DNA of 64,000 nucleotides from Mycobacteriales bacterium (lineage in GTDB: Bacteria; Actinomycetota; Actinomycetes; Mycobacteriales; Mycobacteriaceae). Positions 62,745 through 64,000 of this stretch are shown in pieces. Location of the stretch: contig JAHABL010000001.1 of the NCBI GenBank assembly GCA_018376445.1, positions 278,111-342,110 on the forward strand, in the 5' to 3' direction. Within the stretch, counting starts at the first letter, position 1, and the number at the start of each line of letters is the position of its first letter. The translations under genes and the position numbers were made by a program. Under the pieces are notes generated by a model that saw only the letters and a program-made list of their open reading frames with translations, had not been told where the DNA came from and ran no database searches.

Positions 62745-63389
62745 TTAGGAAAAATCGGCAAGTTTTTCTTTGATCTCAGCATCACTAGGCCCTGGTGATG
62801 GCACGAACGCAACTGCACGGTAGTAGGCCAGTTCCTTGATGGACTCTTTAATATCCGCCATAGCGCGATGATTCATGCCCTTGGGAGGCTGATTGACGTA
62901 AATCCGCGGGAACCAACGATGGCACAGTTCCTTAATTGTCGACACATCAATCATGCGATAGTGCAGGAACGCATCAAGATCCGGCATGTCACGCGCAATA
63001 AAGGCACGATCAGTAGCAATGCTGTTGCCGGCAAGAGGCGCGGTGCGGGGCTCATCCACAAACTTTTTAACGTAGGCAAGTACCTGCTGCTCCGCTTCGC
63101 CAACAGTGACGGTACTGCGGCGGATTTCCTCCGTCAGTCCAGATTTGGCATGCATTTCGGTAACAATTTCATCCATGCCGCTCAGAAGTTCATCGGATGC
63201 GTGGATAACAATGTCGAGACCTGGCTCCGTGCCCTCATCGTCGCTGAGCACCGTGAGATTGCCGTCAGTGACAAGTACTGAAATCTCCACGAGAGCATCT
63301 CTCGTGCGATCTAAGCCCGTCATCTCACAATCAACCCACACGATGCGGTCCAGCTTTGCAGGCAGATTGTCGGGAGAAATCATTGTCAC
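62745..63389 (-). CDS. orn: Oligoribonuclease.
   Basis: DEDDh exonuclease motifs ([19 protein letters not shown]). Confidence 0.85.
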   Translation of the reverse strand: MTMISPDNLPAKLDRIVWVDCEMTGLDRTRDALVEISVLVTDGNLTVLSDDEGTEPGLDIVIHASDELLSGMDEIVTEMHAKSGLTEEIRRSTVTVGEAEQQVLAYVKKFVDEPRTAPLAGNSIATDRAFIARDMPDLDAFLHYRMIDVSTIKELCHRWFPRIYVNQPPKGMNHRAMADIKESIKELAYYRAVAFVPSPGPSDAEIKEKLADFS

Positions 63390-64000
63390 TTGTTGTCACC
63401 TGCCAGAGCCCCATAGGTGATCTTGTTAATCGGGCTCGTAATAGCGTGGGGCAGGTAGCCCACCGCGTTGAGAACCTTGCCCAAAACACCGGGCACAATA
63501 CGACGCTTGTTGGCAGCCAGAGCCGCCAGCGACTGTTCCGCAACTTGGTCAGAGTTTGCCCACATGAAGGAGGGGATCATCCGGTCGAGGAAAGTCTCCT
63601 CTTCCTTCGGCTTATCCGCGGGGCGCACCGGTCCAGGCGCCAGCAGCGTGACATTAATGCCATAGTCTGCCAACTCGTAGCGGAGAGATTCTGAGAACGT
63701 GTTCACGAAAGCTTTTGTTCCAGCATAGGTGGCGTTATATGCAATGGGCATGTTCCCTGCCGCGGAGCCGACGTTAAGAATAGCTCCCTCACCGCGGGCC
63801 ACCATACGAGGGAGTACCGCTAGGGTAAGTTCGTGAACCGCGTTGGCGTTGAGCTGAAATTGGAGGTGCTCTTTCTCTTCCGGAAGTTTAACGACGCTGC
63901 CGAAAGTAGCGGTGCCAGCATCGTTGCAGAGAATGGTCACCTCTGTGGAACGGAGCTCATTGATAAGTGCTGCGCGCGCTTCGGGATCGGAAAGATCGCA
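63386..64000 (-). CDS. Short-chain dehydrogenase/reductase. Only the C-terminal portion is present and the N-terminus lies beyond the window.
   Basis: SDR catalytic YxxxK (YAGTKAF) and the NVxxPG region. The ORF remains open to the window edge. Confidence 0.7.
   Translation of the reverse strand, partial: CDLSDPEARAALINELRSTEVTILCNDAGTATFGSVVKLPEEKEHLQFQLNANAVHELTLAVLPRMVARGEGAILNVGSAAGNMPIAYNATYAGTKAFVNTFSESLRYELADYGINVTLLAPGPVRPADKPKEEETFLDRMIPSFMWANSDQVAEQSLAALAANKRRIVPGVLGKVLNAVGYLPHAITSPINKITYGALAGDNK

Overview
This is a high-GC (about 58-60%) actinobacterial chromosome segment with a Corynebacterium-like gene set and organisation. The core genes read clearly from homology and are listed with coordinates under features. 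They include a trifunctional PabA-PabB-PabC fusion, two IMPase-family paralogues, the prfB-mscS-ftsE-ftsX-smpB-ssrA block, a class Ib RNR split as nrdI-nrdF and nrdH-nrdE, and three tRNAs (Leu, Lys, His). Two horizontally acquired segments interrupt this core, and both sit immediately 3' of an alanine-tRNA-like structure. The first is a roughly 2.1 kb low-GC islet after the tmRNA (20421 to about 22540). It carries a PAPS-reductase-like PP-loop protein, a small Gly-rich protein and a DUF488 protein. The second is a 6.75 kb satellite-like integrative element after tRNA-Ala(GGC) (30214-36965), bounded by a 19-bp direct repeat of the tRNA 3' end. It carries a tyrosine integrase, a low-GC orphan cargo gene, an excisionase-like gene, DnaB-N-like and RepA-like replication genes, an iteron array, and two terminal hypothetical genes. 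The two segments share a 135-bp integrase-proximal sequence, so one element family has used both the tRNA-Ala and the tmRNA sites. Other notable points are a decayed tandem paralogue with a G7 tract, a catalytically dead ArsC-like protein, a Cys-less L36, and a paralogous membrane-protein pair flanking an SRPBCC-like gene. No CRISPR array was seen.
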